NCBI GenBank assembly: GCA_964016885.1
Contig: CAXHJY010000648.1
Coordinates: forward strand, 1 to 64,000
Length of the DNA: 64,000 nucleotides
Origin: Eledone cirrhosa
Lineage: Eukaryota
Reading direction: 5' to 3'
The notes beneath the pieces are model-generated. The model saw only the letters and a list, made by a program, of their open reading frames with translations, ran no database searches and was not told where the DNA came from. The number at the start of each line of letters is the position of its first letter. The stretch's first letter is position 1. A program made the position numbers and the translations under genes. Of the stretch, positions 13,455 through 27,757 are shown one piece after another.

Positions 13455-14424
13455 TTACAGATGTATAAGGAGAGACGTATGTTTGTTTGTGTTTTTATAT
13501 ACCTATGTAAAGCAATGTGTTACGTTGCATCTTCTAAAGTAAGTGTGAAACTAATAAAATAAATTAGAAATGAAGAAGAAAGAAGCAAAGAAATATTTTC
13601 AAGCAACACTTGCAAATACATTTAAGATTTATAAAAGCAAGTATTTATATCTTGATAGATGAATGTTTTGAACAAATTACATTTATCATGAATGCTGTTT
13701 GTTGTATTTTTTCTTGATTGGATTTAAATATCAGTATAAATATATATTATTCATTTCGTGTTTATTATGGTTGGCACAGTTAGAAAATATAAAGTAAATA
13801 GGCAGGTGGTAGTTCGTTTCGAAACTAAGCTAACATTAATATGTTAGCTTAGTTTCTTAAGCAGTTTGTCAGAAATGTTTCGTCTCAACAGAGTAACCCT
13901 TTCAATACACCACTTGTCATTCCCGAAGTTTAATAACAAAATATAGCAAACGTATTCAGTTATATACTGGTTTTAAACAATTATTATATAGTCACTTTGA
14001 AGAGATTTAATATTTTTCCTATAATCTGTATGTTTCTATAATTTTAAGCATCAGTATCATTTTGCGATTTTACGTTTGCATATTACATTGTCTAATATAC
14101 TTTTCGAAAATAATTGTCCATTAATTCAGTATCTTAATTTATTTATTTAAGAATTATTGTTTTATTTGTTTTTGTTTTAAATCTTCCCTCCGGTGTAAAT
14201 TGCGGAATTCTTTCGAAAACACTTCAGGATATCTTTAGATATCTTACATGATGTAATTCATTTCAAAATCTATTGAAGTGTAAAATTAAGTATCGTTGCA
14301 CCTGGTTACAGAAACAAATTATTTTTAATTACTAGTTAGTATAAATTTTAATAATGAAGACGCGACCAAAACCACCATACTTCCATTATTATCGCTTTTA
14401 TTTCTCCAAGGCCTCTCCATTAAC

Positions 14425-14600
14425 TTCTTCATCACAGTCGTCGTCACCGTCACCATTGTCACCATCATCATTATCACAATCTTTATCTTCACCACCATCT
14501 TCACCATCATCCTCATCATCACCCCCACTATTTTCATCTTCATCATCGACATCATCATCACCAGTATCATTAACCCCAGGATTATCAGCATCATCATCAG
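14425..14600. repeat. Degenerate (CAT/CAC)n trinucleotide tract
   Basis: Low-complexity catcat/caccat repeats open in several frames. Confidence 0.75.
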
Positions 14601-15203
14601 GTACAGCAGCATATTTGACAGTGATTACAAGTGTGAATGACACGATAGAGTTATCTGGAAAATAGTCGTTCAGGATTTTAATTTTCACCTAATAGAATCT
14701 GCAACACATATTATTAATTCGCTTTGAAGTCCTAATATATTCCCTTTGAATGGTTCCTAAATTAAAATATTGTTATGCAAAACGGACAAATAGGAAAAGC
14801 AGTCATTTCCATGGCATTTATGGAAATACATCTCTCGACAAACATATCAGTTGCAACCATATGCGTAGTTAAGAGCGAACAGTATTGAATACTTTACAGC
14901 AACCATATAGAAGATATATGTGATAATGCGTAATCTGATTATTATGATGTTCGTTTCTCTGTCATAAGGTCATGGAATCGATTCCCCGACCGTGTTGTAC
15001 ATTGTGTCCTTGAGCAAGACACTTCAGTTCACTGCAGTAGCAGTCGATTAATCGGAGGGTTAATACAAACGAAACGCGGATCTGATATAATCTGAAGAAC
15101 CCTTGCTTTTGGAATAAACGTTAACTTTCAAAGCAGCGCAACATATAACTTAGCAAGAAACTCGACTGAATGCTAAACGAATTTATATATATATATATTT
15201 ATT

Positions 15204-15234
<31 letters not shown>

Positions 15235-15489
15235 AAATTGTCCCCCAACCTCAAGTAGCTTTGAGTGTTATATGTTCTAAGAAATATCATAGCATGACCA
15301 GCTATATTCGCTAAATATTTCCAAGAGTGAAATGGTAATGATGACGCGAAAGGAAACAGCCTCAGGGACTAAACTTTCTCATGTAATGAATAGCAAAATC
15401 GTCAGATCGATTAAAGAGACAAACACTGTTTAAAACATAAATGGTATTAAGTATTTCATCCATTGATGCTGGGAATAACATGTTTGTTG

Positions 15490-15625
15490 ATGGGGCGAAT
15501 TGACAGAAAGCTTAGAGTGTTGGATGAAGAGCATTGCCGTATTTGTTCCGGATGCTTCAGTTCTCAAATCCTACCAAGAGTAACATTACCATTCATCACT
15601 TTGGGGTCGATAAAAAGATACCAAT
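15490..15625 (+). mobile_element. Degraded Meta-core-like SINE
   Basis: ttctcaaatcctaccaagagtaac...ccattcatcactttggggtcgataaaaagatacca. Confidence 0.55.
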
Positions 15626-16652
15626 GTAGGGTGGTCGGCTGGGGAAGGCATTAGAGGATGTGCCGGAGAGGTTGCTCTATGTATGGTACCTGTTACGTTT
15701 CTTTTCGCATACTGAGTTCAAATCCCGCAACGTGTATTGTTCGGTCAGTTTAACACCACCACATAGTAATTCGGGTGCATTTATCGATTTCCCCGAGGCT
15801 GCAAGCATTCTTGTCAGTTCATTTGGTTTGATGATACTTTGATATCTTACTCGCTATCCCATTAGTTTTGGAAGTCCCTAAAAAAAGGGGCAATGGATGC
15901 TGCCCTATTTTCTTGACTAAGCGATAAAATAAACAAACTTTAAAAGACGAAAAGCACAATAGATAACACTATAAATTTTGAATTTAACTTTTTACTTTAC
16001 AAATTACACAATGGGATCATTAACTGAAGTATCTTACTGTAGAACACAATATACTAAACGCACAATTCAGCAACTATTAAACTGACGTGCTAAAACAAAA
16101 GAAGTGGAAGCATGAATGTAATTAGTCGAGCTTCTGGAAATAACAGCCAAATTCTCTTCTAATCACAACCTAAAGTGTAATTCTCTGAGGACAGAGGAAG
16201 GTGTACTCGATTTCTGAGTAAAAATTTGAATCAGATCTTTCACTCTTAGTCTGTCAGTGCAGGACTACGCCAAAAATCTTTGTCAGTAAATGTATTGCTT
16301 TGCGTTTCCTGTTTACAAAGCAGTTATATATAACAGGCTAATAGTTACATGTATCATGTACTCTGAATACTACTGTAAACCAACCTAACAAAGACATTTC
16401 AACAGCACTTGGCTACCACCATCGCTACGATAATGATATAGGACTTGACAATGCGTAGGGACTCTCACTGTTCTGCAGAACCGCAGCCGCCGCCGTCGCC
16501 TCATGGTCACAGCGGACAGCATAGAGAAAGCGTTTCAACGGAGGATACTGATGAGGACGCGTTGAAATAGCCATTCCGACTCCTGGGTGTCATTCCTGTG
16601 AATGACCAATATTCTCCCGATAGCAATGTGTAGGATAGTGGATATATATATA

Positions 16653-17102
16653 TACGATATATTAACAAATGGAAACTATATGTATAAAACCATATTTATT
16701 TCATTATACATATTTCAAGGACACCAAGTTAAATTATGGTGTGCTTTCATCAGATAAAATATAATATAGAGCAGTTTTATAAATAAATATTGACATACCC
16801 TTAAAGAATGCGACCATTACTGTTGACTATCCGGGAGCTTCCAACTGTAATGGTCGCATTCTTTAAGGGTATGTCAATATTTATTTATAAAACTGCTCTA
16901 TATTATATTTTATCTGATGAAAGCACACCATAATTTAATTTGGTGTCCTTGAAATATGTATAATGAAATAAATATGGCTTTATAAATATAGTTTCTATTT
17001 GTTAATATATCGTATTTTTACTCGAATAATTTGTTGAGTGCTTTATATCAGTTATAAAAATATTTGCTTGTTGTATCCCAACAATTTAAATAGAACTTCT
17101 AC
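16653..17102 (+). mobile_element. Mini PLE-type palindromic insertion, family B (173-bp arms, 16-nt spacer, 88-nt tail)
   Basis: Arms 16653-16825 and 16842-17014 with a few mismatches. Tail 17015-17102. (TA)n on both sides. Related copy at 36163-36633. Confidence 0.85.
16908..16968 (+). ncRNA. Minimal type I hammerhead ribozyme motif
   Basis: ttttat-CTGATGA-aag cacacca..tggtg ctt-GAAA-tatgta-TA-atgaaa. An antisense copy lies in the left arm. Confidence 0.75.
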
Positions 17103-18968
17103 ATATATATATATATATATATATACAGATAAATCCACCAATTAATGGTAGGGTCTAAACCGTATGAAGAGCTCAATGTAATCCGTACTATGAATTAACT
17201 GTTTTTTGTTTAATGTCATTGTTTTACTATTTGTATATATATATATAATGTCGATCTTGCTTCGGTTAAATCGTGTACTGTTTCTCTATAGGTATGTGTT
17301 TATACAATAGATTAAAAACTTTAGTAATTGAAAACGATGTGTTTCTCATCAACTTCATTCTTAATGTAATTCATTTGTTGATTTACGCGCACCACTCCGT
17401 TAAATTAAACTCCCCGTATATAGTGTCACTGCCTCCGGTCGGAAAGCCTTTGCGTTAATTCTACTTTGTCGTCGTGATGGATGTCCGCAAATATTTGAGT
17501 TGGTAATTAACTCCTCTAATGTGCAACAATTCCATTCATTTAACACCAAACAAAGTCACTGCTTTGTGTCAAAATACAGTTTTACAGATAATTATAGAGC
17601 GAACACTAATGAGGAAACAAATCACATCTACGCATATGGACATTTTCGCAATGTACAGCTTTATAACACTATTATTTTTGCCTCAGTAATGGATTATATT
17701 TTTACAGAAATATTGTGAAATACATTTGAACAGCTACAAAGAAAAAGAAAAAAAGAAAAAAAAGATTGAAAATTGTTTTACGTTTAGTCATTGTATTTCT
17801 ATTATTTACTTAAAGTATCTGTAATATTAGCCATGGCAGTTTGAAATATTGATTTTGTTTTGACATAGAAGACTGTAAACGTTTCCAGAATAGTTGACTA
17901 ATAGATCGACTTGATTGGTTCATAGTTCAATATTTTATCTCAGAAATTAAAACAGAATAACGAAAAAAGTTCATGATATTTACTTGCAAAAACGTTAGAC
18001 CGTCGTTCATGCAGTATCTTTTTCTTGTGTTCAAATACTACCGAAGTCAACTTTTTTCTTCATCCGCCTGGTTTCACTGAATAAAATAAAAGTCTAGAGC
18101 AGAACAATGGTAAACTCATTAGTGCGATGGACTATGTTATTCCGGCTCTTTCCATATTGATTGAGATTTGCTGTTGGCTATTTGGGTAGTATACTTAATC
18201 TGTGGCTCGATTCAACGCCCCCACATGACACGAGGATGAGTGTGACAAACTACACTGACGTAACCATCCTGGCCAAGTTCCCACCTTGAAGATATCTTCC
18301 ACACTTCCCCATCTTTGTGCAAATCTTGAAAACTGTTATGGGGTGGCGTTCCCTCATGGCTCAATGTTTAAATCTTTAAAGAACCAAGCCTCACGACACA
18401 AGTGATACTTCGATTTTTACTACTGGTCATCAATAGAATTACCAATTCCACTCTCTATTTTTTATATTATATACTATTTCAATCTAAGTTTTCTTCCTGA
18501 AATCAATTGAATGTGATTATCCATATGTATAAAGCCAATCAAACATTATTGCTTTATATTTTAATCTGTCTAGTAAATGTATTTAAATAGCCACTTAGTG
18601 ATGTAAATATGTTGCTATGAATACTACCACATTTCCATCAGATAACGTCCAGTTATTATGCTTTAGAATGTATGCCTCTTGGCATCAATCACTAGTCTTG
18701 GCAATATACTTAGTCCGTCTTCAACCCGGATTCTTTGAATGTTGGGATTTACGTACAATTATCTCATTAGTAATCAGAAAGAAATCTTTTAAACATTATA
18801 TCTGCCACTTATGTGAGCCGTGGGGTAAATGAATAGAAAGAGAAACATGTTTGTAGGGAAATCTGGGAAAAACTTTCCCAAGAAAGAAAATAAAAGTATA
18901 TTCTAGACAGACTTAGATATGTATATTGGCAAGCCTGTACACGCACACACGCACACACACACACACAC

Positions 18969-19027
<59 letters not shown>

Positions 19028-19401
19028 TATACACACATATACACACATATACACACATATACACACACATATATATATATATATATATAATGCATAAATA
19101 CGTGGCGAGATGGACAAATGAATGTTTCTGTTTAAGATCTGGGGAGATCTGGTTTAAAAGCTGAATTTTCTAAGGCTCTTTTAATAACTCAGTGTCTCGC
19201 TACCGATTACGCAAGCAACTGATGTAGGAAACTGGCCAGGTAATATGAAAGCATATACAAAATATTAGAAATGAACAGTGTTGTGACTTGATTAGTTAAA
19301 GAGCAAAATCAGAGGGTACAGGAAAACACACACAGGTACGCACATAAACACACACACACACACATACATTAGTACATTATATATATATATATATATATAT
19401 A

Positions 19402-19540
19402 TAACGAAGGAGTTGTGGTAAGGAACCAGATGGACCATAACGCACCAAAGTTCTCAATACTTAGGGTAGTAGAGTAGGTAATAGGAAAAAGTATGACCTC
19501 AACGGCTTGAGCTCTGCCGTCGGGGTCATACTTTTTCCTA
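19402..19540 (-). mobile_element. Mini PLE-type insertion, family A
   Basis: Reverse-complement tail (taacgaagg...gtaataggaa) plus short inverted arms ending ...tttccta(TA)n. Confidence 0.8.
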
Positions 19541-19549
19541 TATATATAC

Positions 19550-19612
<63 letters not shown>

Positions 19613-20283
19613 TGTACAGACAGCAACGCTCATACATATGTACATACAAGCACACGTTCACTTTATTGTTTTCTGTGAGTTCTCAGTGATCTGTAAATTT
19701 TTGAAATAATGAAATATACACTAGAAAATGCATTGAATATAATATAGATATATTTCAGAAAATCCTTTGAAAGGAGCACCTCTGAGTCAAGGGATGAGAC
19801 TTCAGAATAGAACTTCACTGTAATCAGTCTTATAAGAGATATATTTCGGCTTTAAGATGTTATTCATATCTAAATATAACATAAAGTCATTTTTCTTATA
19901 TTTCACATGCACTAAGTTTTGTTGTCAACAGAACCGTAAAAATCATTTATATCATCATGCTTCAAATCCCACAGCTAGATCGATATATCGTAGAGTGTAG
20001 AATCTGAACCCAAATTTGTAGTCAAGTAATGTGTTATGTTTGAGGTGTGTTGTGTTTCATTCCCTTAGAGTACTTCAATGAAACCTTTCAAGATGAATGG
20101 TGTAAAGATAAGAATGAAACACCCACGGGTTTAGGTTGGAGAATGAAATACGATGACAAGTAGACCTCTCTTGAAAGAGCTCTGAAAGCCAAAGTATGTG
20201 CGGTAGATCTCCGCACCGCTAAATATTATCTCCTATATATATTATCTATATATTAACTTTCTATTTTCTATATATACATACAC

Positions 20284-20322
<39 letters not shown>

Positions 20323-20452
20323 TGTAAGCGTGTACAAATATCTGTTTGTGTATATCAGTATATATCATATATATATGTGTGTTGCCAACAGAATCACGGA
20401 ACCATTTATATATAAGAATGTGTGTATATGTATGCATATATATATATATATG

Positions 20453-20662
20453 TATGTATACGTACATACACATATGTATACAGACGTACAGTAGTATGTA
20501 TATACATACATACATGCACACATATATATATGTACGTATGGGTGTATGTATATACATACTACTGTACGTCTGTATACATATATGTATGTACGTATACATA
20601 CTTATATTTAAGTATCAGCCGTACTAAGAGTGAGAAATAAAATTTCATTTTTTTTTCATTTA
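20453..20662 (+). mobile_element. Mini palindromic insertion of the 28-kb family
   Basis: Arms ~20453-20510 and 20543-20600 (cagacgtacagtagtatg / catactactgtacgtctg). Tail matches 28437-28500 and 9727-9780. Confidence 0.7.
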
Positions 20663-21643
20663 TATATATGAATGGCTTAAAACTACATATCCCTCACATT
20701 TGAACAGAGACCGTTAAGGAGGCAACTTGTATTACATAGAGTTTGCATCTTACATTTTTATAAATTGTAGCACAACTTCATATATAAGACCAAGATGATT
20801 TCTTTACATCTGGGATCCAACCCAGGATTCTATGGTTGCGTGGGAAACATTTTTACCCTCCCGCCAGGCGTGCGTTGACTTATTTTATTTAAACCTACTT
20901 AATATACTTTAAATAATCTTTCAATCAAAACGAAGTATTAACACAGTGTGTGCTGTGTGTGTGTGTGTGTGTGTGTACGAGTCTGTGTATGTGTACATGC
21001 GTAACATTCGATATTATTCCACACGGCATATGTAAAATAATTGGCTATACCAGTCAGCTATTATTTCCAGCTGAATTAATGATTTTGATAACACAACATA
21101 TTGTTAATTTAATAGAAAAAAAAAATACAGATTTGAAAACCATCAAATATAACAAACTACAAAGAAACAATATAATGAACAAAACATGCTAAATTTCTGT
21201 AAGCTCTTTTTGTGCTAATTCGACCAAACATTCACATCATGTTTCGTTGTTTGTCTTTCTCAGGGATTTATTTTCTTGTATAATTCATTTCAAATCCATG
21301 CGATTATTTCTGAGAATACATTTATATGTAGCAGTTAGTGCTAATGTATGTAGCTGGCAATCAGACGTTCGGTTGATGTAATACATAAATTATTCAGGCG
21401 TTCGTAGAGTTGGTGTGTTCTCTTTATTGCCTTAACTTAACTTAGGCGACAGGTGCGAACACAAACATCAAGATTGCGACACTACATATACGTAATGTGA
21501 CAAGATATATATATATATATATACATTAATATAAGATACGATACTGGAAGTGAAATCTATAAAATAATATATACATAGGATAACAAGTTATCGTTTCTTA
21601 CACTATGTATATATATAGATATATATATATATATATATAATTA

Positions 21644-21960
21644 GGCATAGCTATGGCTGAACAATTAAGATGTTCGACTCACAATCATGGTATGTCTTAC
21701 TTGATCCCACTGCGTGGCATAGTGTGCATCGGTCTTGAGCATGGCCTCGAGTCGATCTAAGCTTTGTGAGGGAATTTGGCTAAACAGAATCAGTATGTAA
21801 GGCCGGGGAATCGGGTGGATCTCTAATTCGAAAGTAGAACCTTGTCACGTGTTGCATCACGCAGATTTGGTTAAGGAATTACATAAACTGTATACGTGTA
21901 TGCGGAATACTGAACGACTCCCACGTTAATTCATCGTCGGATATATACATTATTTGAACA
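21644..21960 (+). mobile_element. Degraded tRNA SINE, second family
   Basis: Collinear similarity with 46981-47300 (ggcctcg...cttgtgag...aattcgaaag...tacataaa..tacgtgt...). Confidence 0.5.
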
Positions 21961-22057
21961 TATTAGTGAATTAAGCATAGACTCTTGTGTCTCAACTATT
22001 CAAAAGGATGAAATCAACGATTCTTAAACTTCTAATCTGTTAATATAATTGATATCG

Positions 22058-22135
<78 letters not shown>

Positions 22136-22261
22136 GACTTTTACAAGACTACAACTAGTTAATTCGTTTAAAATAATCATGGTTGTTAACACATGTAATC
22201 ACACATACAGAACTACTAGCGTATTGAAATACAGGTCAAATGCTGTGTATTCCACAACCAA

Positions 22262-22300
22262 TGATACTCCGTGATACTCCGTGATACTCCGTGATACTCC
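22262..22300. repeat. 10-bp minisatellite (gtgatactcc)x4
   Basis: Direct inspection. Confidence 0.85.
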
Positions 22301-22569
22301 GGCAGAAGCACTATAACAGTTTCTTTTATAAGATTGGCTGACTTATTCATAGTTTCTGCTTATCTAATGGCTACACATGAGATTCGGATCTTATATTTAA
22401 TTAAGGTGCCACATAGTTGATCAAACCTACAATATAATGATGGCTTCGCGAGGCTCTTAACCATTCGGTCATGCCTGTTATTCAAATATATAAGAAGTAG
22501 ATGTCGCAATAACACTTACTGGAAATATAAAGATATATCAAAATAAGAGGTTGTGCAACATATGCATCA

Positions 22570-22845
22570 TTAGTATCGGTAGTATGAGTAGTGTTGGTAG
22601 TGGTAGTAGTAGTGGTGGTGTTGGTATTTGTATTCCTAGTAGTAGTAGTAGTAGCAGGAGTAGCTGTCGTAGTAGTAGTAATAGTTGTAAAAGTCATCGT
22701 CGCCATAGTTGTAGTAGCAGAAGTAGCTGTCGTAGTAGTAGTAATAGTTGTAAAAGTCATCGCCGCCATAGTTGTAGTAGTAGTAGTTGTAGAAGTCATC
22801 GTCGCTATAGTTGTAGTAGTCGGCGGCAACAGCTAGTAGCAGTCA
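22570..22845. repeat. (TAG)n-derived compound repeat with ~63-bp internal duplication
   Basis: gtagctgtcgtagtagtagtaatagttgtaaaagtcatcg occurs twice. Confidence 0.8.
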
Positions 22846-23417
22846 GGAGCTCATGGTTAGTTTTATATTTTATTTTTATTCATCTTAATGTTATCGTTGG
22901 AAACTATTTTTTCTCTCTTATTTTTAATGCTGTGTTGTTCGTGATGGTTGTGGCTAGGGATTTGTAAATTTATGGTGGAAAGCTTCCAATTTGCATGCAA
23001 GAGAGTATAAAATAAATTTTTTCCTTGCATGAATGTTGTACTTAAACCTGAATTTCGATGTCTGAATGTATTAAGTATTTCATTTGTCTCCAAATGGAAG
23101 GAAGGGATGATATCGGTCGATATTTCTTAATACAACTGCAGTAAGAAAAAAAAAAAAGGCGTATCTTCCCCATTTCATTTTATTTTGGAGTTAGGTAGTG
23201 TAGGTTTTTAAAAGCCGTTTCAATATTACTATTTTAGCCATATTGGTTCCATGCAAGCACAAGCCATGGAACGAATTGTCTCAACATTCTATATTATACA
23301 TCTAAAAATTCAAATAGGTAAAGAACTAACAATACGTTAAGAAAAAATAACATTACGATAATAATACATTAGAATAATGTTTAGTATGCTGAGATATGAA
23401 AATGGATCCTACTCGTT

Positions 23418-23677
<260 letters not shown>

Positions 23678-23680
23678 TAT

Positions 23681-23767
<87 letters not shown>

Positions 23768-24169
23768 ACTGGAGAACAATACGTCCCTTGTTTTACTAGC
23801 TAAATCAATAAAACAAATACGAATTTACAAAAGGTGAAATCGTTGAATATGTCCGCCAGGAAACAATGTAGCAAAGGTAATGAGATCATACAGAGGCTTC
23901 ACATTCGGTAAAAAGCTATGGCCATGAGGTTTTGGTGACATCAGACGATATCTCACATCCATTGGGGTGTTCAGCGTTTAATAACACCCTCTCTTGGGCA
24001 GCGGTATTGACTAAATCATTTCCCATATTCTTCCACTGGCTTCCAGTTAATCATCCTCACTCTTGGTCTTCCAACAAATGGTCTTCTTTGCTGCCTTCCC
24101 TCTGCGAACTATTGACCCTATTCTCTCTTCCTGTATTTCTAATGGTAATGAGCATTCTCCGTAACAAAG

Positions 24170-24350
24170 ATAATTGTTTCTACTTTTGGCACAAGGCCAG
24201 CAATTACCCAGTGTATTACTGGTACTTTATTTTATCTACCCCCGTAAGGATGAAAGGCAAAGTTAACCTCGGCGGGATTTGAACTCAGAATAGCAAGGGC
24301 CGTAACTCTATGCGTCACAGAATGGCGTCCGACCCTCTACCGATACTGAC
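24170..24350 (-). mobile_element. Meta-core-like SINE (short subfamily)
   Basis: Near full-length reverse-complement match to the copies at 48.8 and 63.9 kb. Confidence 0.85.
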
Positions 24351-24498
24351 AATAATGATAATGAAAGTATTTTCTTTTTAAATATTAAAATAATGAACTG
24401 GAAAACAAATTAAAAAAAGGCATATATATGTGTGTGTATGTGTGTGTGTGTGTATGTGTGTGTGTGCAGAGGCAGAGAGATATTGTCAATATTAATTA

Positions 24499-24629
24499 TG
24501 TCCCTTTACGATCTGAGTTCAAATCCCGCCGAGGTTGACTTTGCCTTTCATCCTTACGGGGTCGATAAAATAAAGTACCAGTAATGCACTGGGTAATTGC
24601 TGGCCTTGTGCCTAAAGTAGAAACAATTA
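24499..24629 (+). mobile_element. 5'-truncated Meta-core-like SINE
   Basis: Almost identical to 8556-8690 and 63925-64000. Confidence 0.85.
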
Positions 24630-25234
24630 ATTATATCAAGCAAGCTATCATGATTGTATTTCTATGCTATATCCTCTCAGCGTAAACATGAATGGTATTA
24701 TAATTTCATCGGCTGGAAGAGATTCAAAGGTTGATTGGCAGCTAAATAATACCAGAGACACAGCTTAACTTTCTTTGTTAAAACAATGTTTGTATACTAT
24801 GATGTGTATATCGGAAAAAGGAACAAAGTCGATCGTGGAATCGGACGAAGGAAGATATTATTCAATCCGTATTTCTAATGTTTGTACAATCTATTAGTTT
24901 GTAACGACACCTGGCCGAATTTTAATGTACAGAGTCGCATATATCTTTGCAAAGCCTCGAGGCCAACGTTTTATTAGTTGAACAGTTACTTTCGTTATCG
25001 TCCCCGAAAAAGTGAATATAATGGGAGTGTGTATAGCCGGAACAATTGCTGTGGAATGTACTTTATTGACTTTTCCTATTTGATACTTTTATTGTGACTA
25101 TAACTTGTTAATATTGAGTACGAATTGTAACAATGAGAATATATGTTGTTAGAATTACAAAGAGTGAATATGGTTAAAGTCGTGGATCACACAGTGTTGG
25201 ATAAGAAAAAAAACAACAACTGAGGTCAAGTACT

Positions 25235-25280
<46 letters not shown>

Positions 25281-25374
25281 ACATACACGCACAGACACAT
25301 AGACTCAAACATACAGATATACATATAAATACATACATACACACGTATGTATATATATATATATATATATATAT

Positions 25375-25767
25375 AACATTTAAATATAAATTAATATATA
25401 TGATGAAACACAAATACCAACATATCTGCATTTATATTGTAAAAGAAATTTAGTTAGCTAGAATGAAATATACTAATTATAATATTACAGCCTGCCTATA
25501 TCGATTTAAAATAATAAATCAACAAAGACAAACAGTATTGCCAAATGTTTGTCTTTGTTGATTTATTACTTTAAATCGATATAGGGAGGCTATAATATTA
25601 TAATTAGTATATTTCATTCTAGCTAACTAAATTTTTTTTACAATATAAATGCAGATATGTTGGTATTTGTGTTTCATCATATATATTAATTTATATTTAA
25701 ATGTTTTACACGGCTCAGAAATATTTCTTTCTTTGAGCTATTTTCATTGTAAAAGAACTCATTACAC

Positions 25768-25770
<3 letters not shown>
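25375..25770 (+). mobile_element. Mini PLE-type palindromic insertion, family E (160-bp arms, 11-nt spacer, 65-nt tail)
   Basis: Arms 25375-25534 and 25546-25705. Tail has a GCTC...GAGC hairpin. (TA)n flanks. No hammerhead core seen in the retained arm. Confidence 0.75.
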
Positions 25771-25812
<42 letters not shown>

Positions 25813-26052
25813 GTGTGTGTGTGTATCTATGTATGTATGTGAATCTGAGATTATTTAGCTTCCGTGTTTCAAAGTTATAGCACCTCTATTTGGCATACTG
25901 GAGATGTTTTTTTTCATGCTATTGTGAATGTGAACACATTTCTAGCCTGCATATATCTAAATATTTAACGTGCAATTGCACGATCACTTTTGTATTCAGG
26001 TGTATGTATGCATCGATGCGAGTGTAAGCAATTTTTCAAATCTATATATATA

Positions 26053-26094
<42 letters not shown>

Positions 26095-26495
26095 CAATAC
26101 TTTAATGCGATGTCTACAGCAGATATTTTCCCCAATCCTATGCATAAAATTTGTATTCATATCAGAAATCCTGGTAAATAAAGTTACCTGGAGACTACAC
26201 ATAACCGAAATTTATTGAAACAAGTAAAAGTTTTACATATATAACGGGCGCAATATAGCAAATAATATTTTTCACATTGAAATATGTATATATTCTACTT
26301 CTGTGATGAACAAATATTGTTATCTAGATATTTATTGTAATGTTTATTGATAGAACACATTTACGTGTTTTGAAATATTTTTTTAATCGTTATATATGTT
26401 ATTTCATGATCTACGAAAGAGCACATTGATTACTATAAAAGTTTTATTTCAAAGGAACATAAATTCAGTGAAAATTATGTATATATATATATATA

Positions 26496-26519
26496 TATTC
26501 AAATTGAGTTATATAGTTT

Positions 26520-26587
<68 letters not shown>

Positions 26588-26657
26588 ATTGTGTTATAGA
26601 GTTTTAACTTATATATATATAGAGAGAGAGAAGGTAAAACTATATAACTCAATTTGA

Positions 26658-26660
<3 letters not shown>
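26496..26660. repeat. 30-bp unit present as a direct copy and an inverted copy around TA/GA tracts
   Basis: tattcaaattgagttatatagttttacctt at 26496-26525, a variant at 26581-26610, and the exact inverse at 26631-26660. Confidence 0.8.
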
Positions 26661-26698
<38 letters not shown>

Positions 26699-26859
26699 CG
26701 TGTGCGTGTGTGTGTGTGTGTGTGTTTGGGTGTGCGTGTAAAATTTGAAAGATCGATATCACCAACGGTTTCTGAACTTTCGAAGAAATATCATCTTAAC
26801 AGTGTGTGCATGTGTGTTTGGGCGTGTGTCTGCGCGCGCATCGAGGGTGTGTGTAATGA

Positions 26860-26942
26860 CTGTTTCTTCTTTTGGCACAAGGCCAGCAAACTATCCAGTA
26901 CATTACTGGTACTTTATTTTATCGACCCCGTAAGGATGAAAG
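26860..26942 (-). mobile_element. Meta-core-like SINE 3' fragment
   Basis: tttggcacaaggccagcaa...ggtactttattttatcgaccccgtaaggatgaaagg. Confidence 0.8.
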
Positions 26943-27503
26943 GGTGTGTGTAATAACGCGAGTGGTTATGCATATGCAAATACTGAAACTTGACATATAT
27001 ACCTGGGACAAGAAGATATTGATCTGTGAAAATCTACAACACCAGCCAACATCAAATAGGCAATCTATAATACCACGAACATATACTAAATTAACTTAAA
27101 ACTCCCACATGCGTAAACTGAATTCCTAGCGTCTTCTCCTGTTCCAAAATACAACAGATTATGTCTGCAGTGTTGTTACCGATTCCCTCATCTCCCAGTG
27201 ACTCGACACGTTATTAGAAACATGAATGAAAGCCACTACCAAACACAATACAAACAACCCTGGTCAAGTTTTTACCCCGAATCTCAGGAGTTATCTAGAT
27301 TCAAAAGTATACGCAACAGCCACATACATATCTACAATCATAAGCATATTCATCGCTAAAACCGCAACAGCTCCATACACCACACTTATGAATCAATAGA
27401 CGGTAGTTATACATACATACATACATATATACATCAACATATACACGTAATTACATACGTAATAATTATATAATATATATATAAAATAATATATATCTAT
27501 ATA

Positions 27504-27534
<31 letters not shown>

Positions 27535-27757
27535 ATAAAATAATATATATATATATAATATATATAATATAATATATATATGTATATAATATATATATGT
27601 ATATATATATATATATATATAATATATATATATATAATATATATATAAAATAATATAAATATATATATATATAATATATATATATAAAATAATATAAATA
27701 TATATATATATAATATATATATGTATAATATATACATAAATATAATATATATATATA

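Noticed and set aside
13821-13856. 36-bp hairpin gaaactaagctaacat-taat-atgttagcttagtttc
   Set aside because: A real but isolated short inverted repeat, with no family, tail or TA flanks to interpret.
14325-14688. Asp-rich / Ser-rich ORFs
   Set aside because: A degenerate (CAT)n repeat open in three frames, with no domain signal.
16548-16580. CTGATGA...GAAA hammerhead-like motif / GC-rich possible terminal exon at 16478-16570
   Set aside because: Stem I cannot be formed and stem II is marginal; no recognisable protein in any frame.
22482-22967. Thr-, Ser- and Val-rich ORFs (mucin-like)
   Set aside because: (TAG)n-derived low-complexity repeat.
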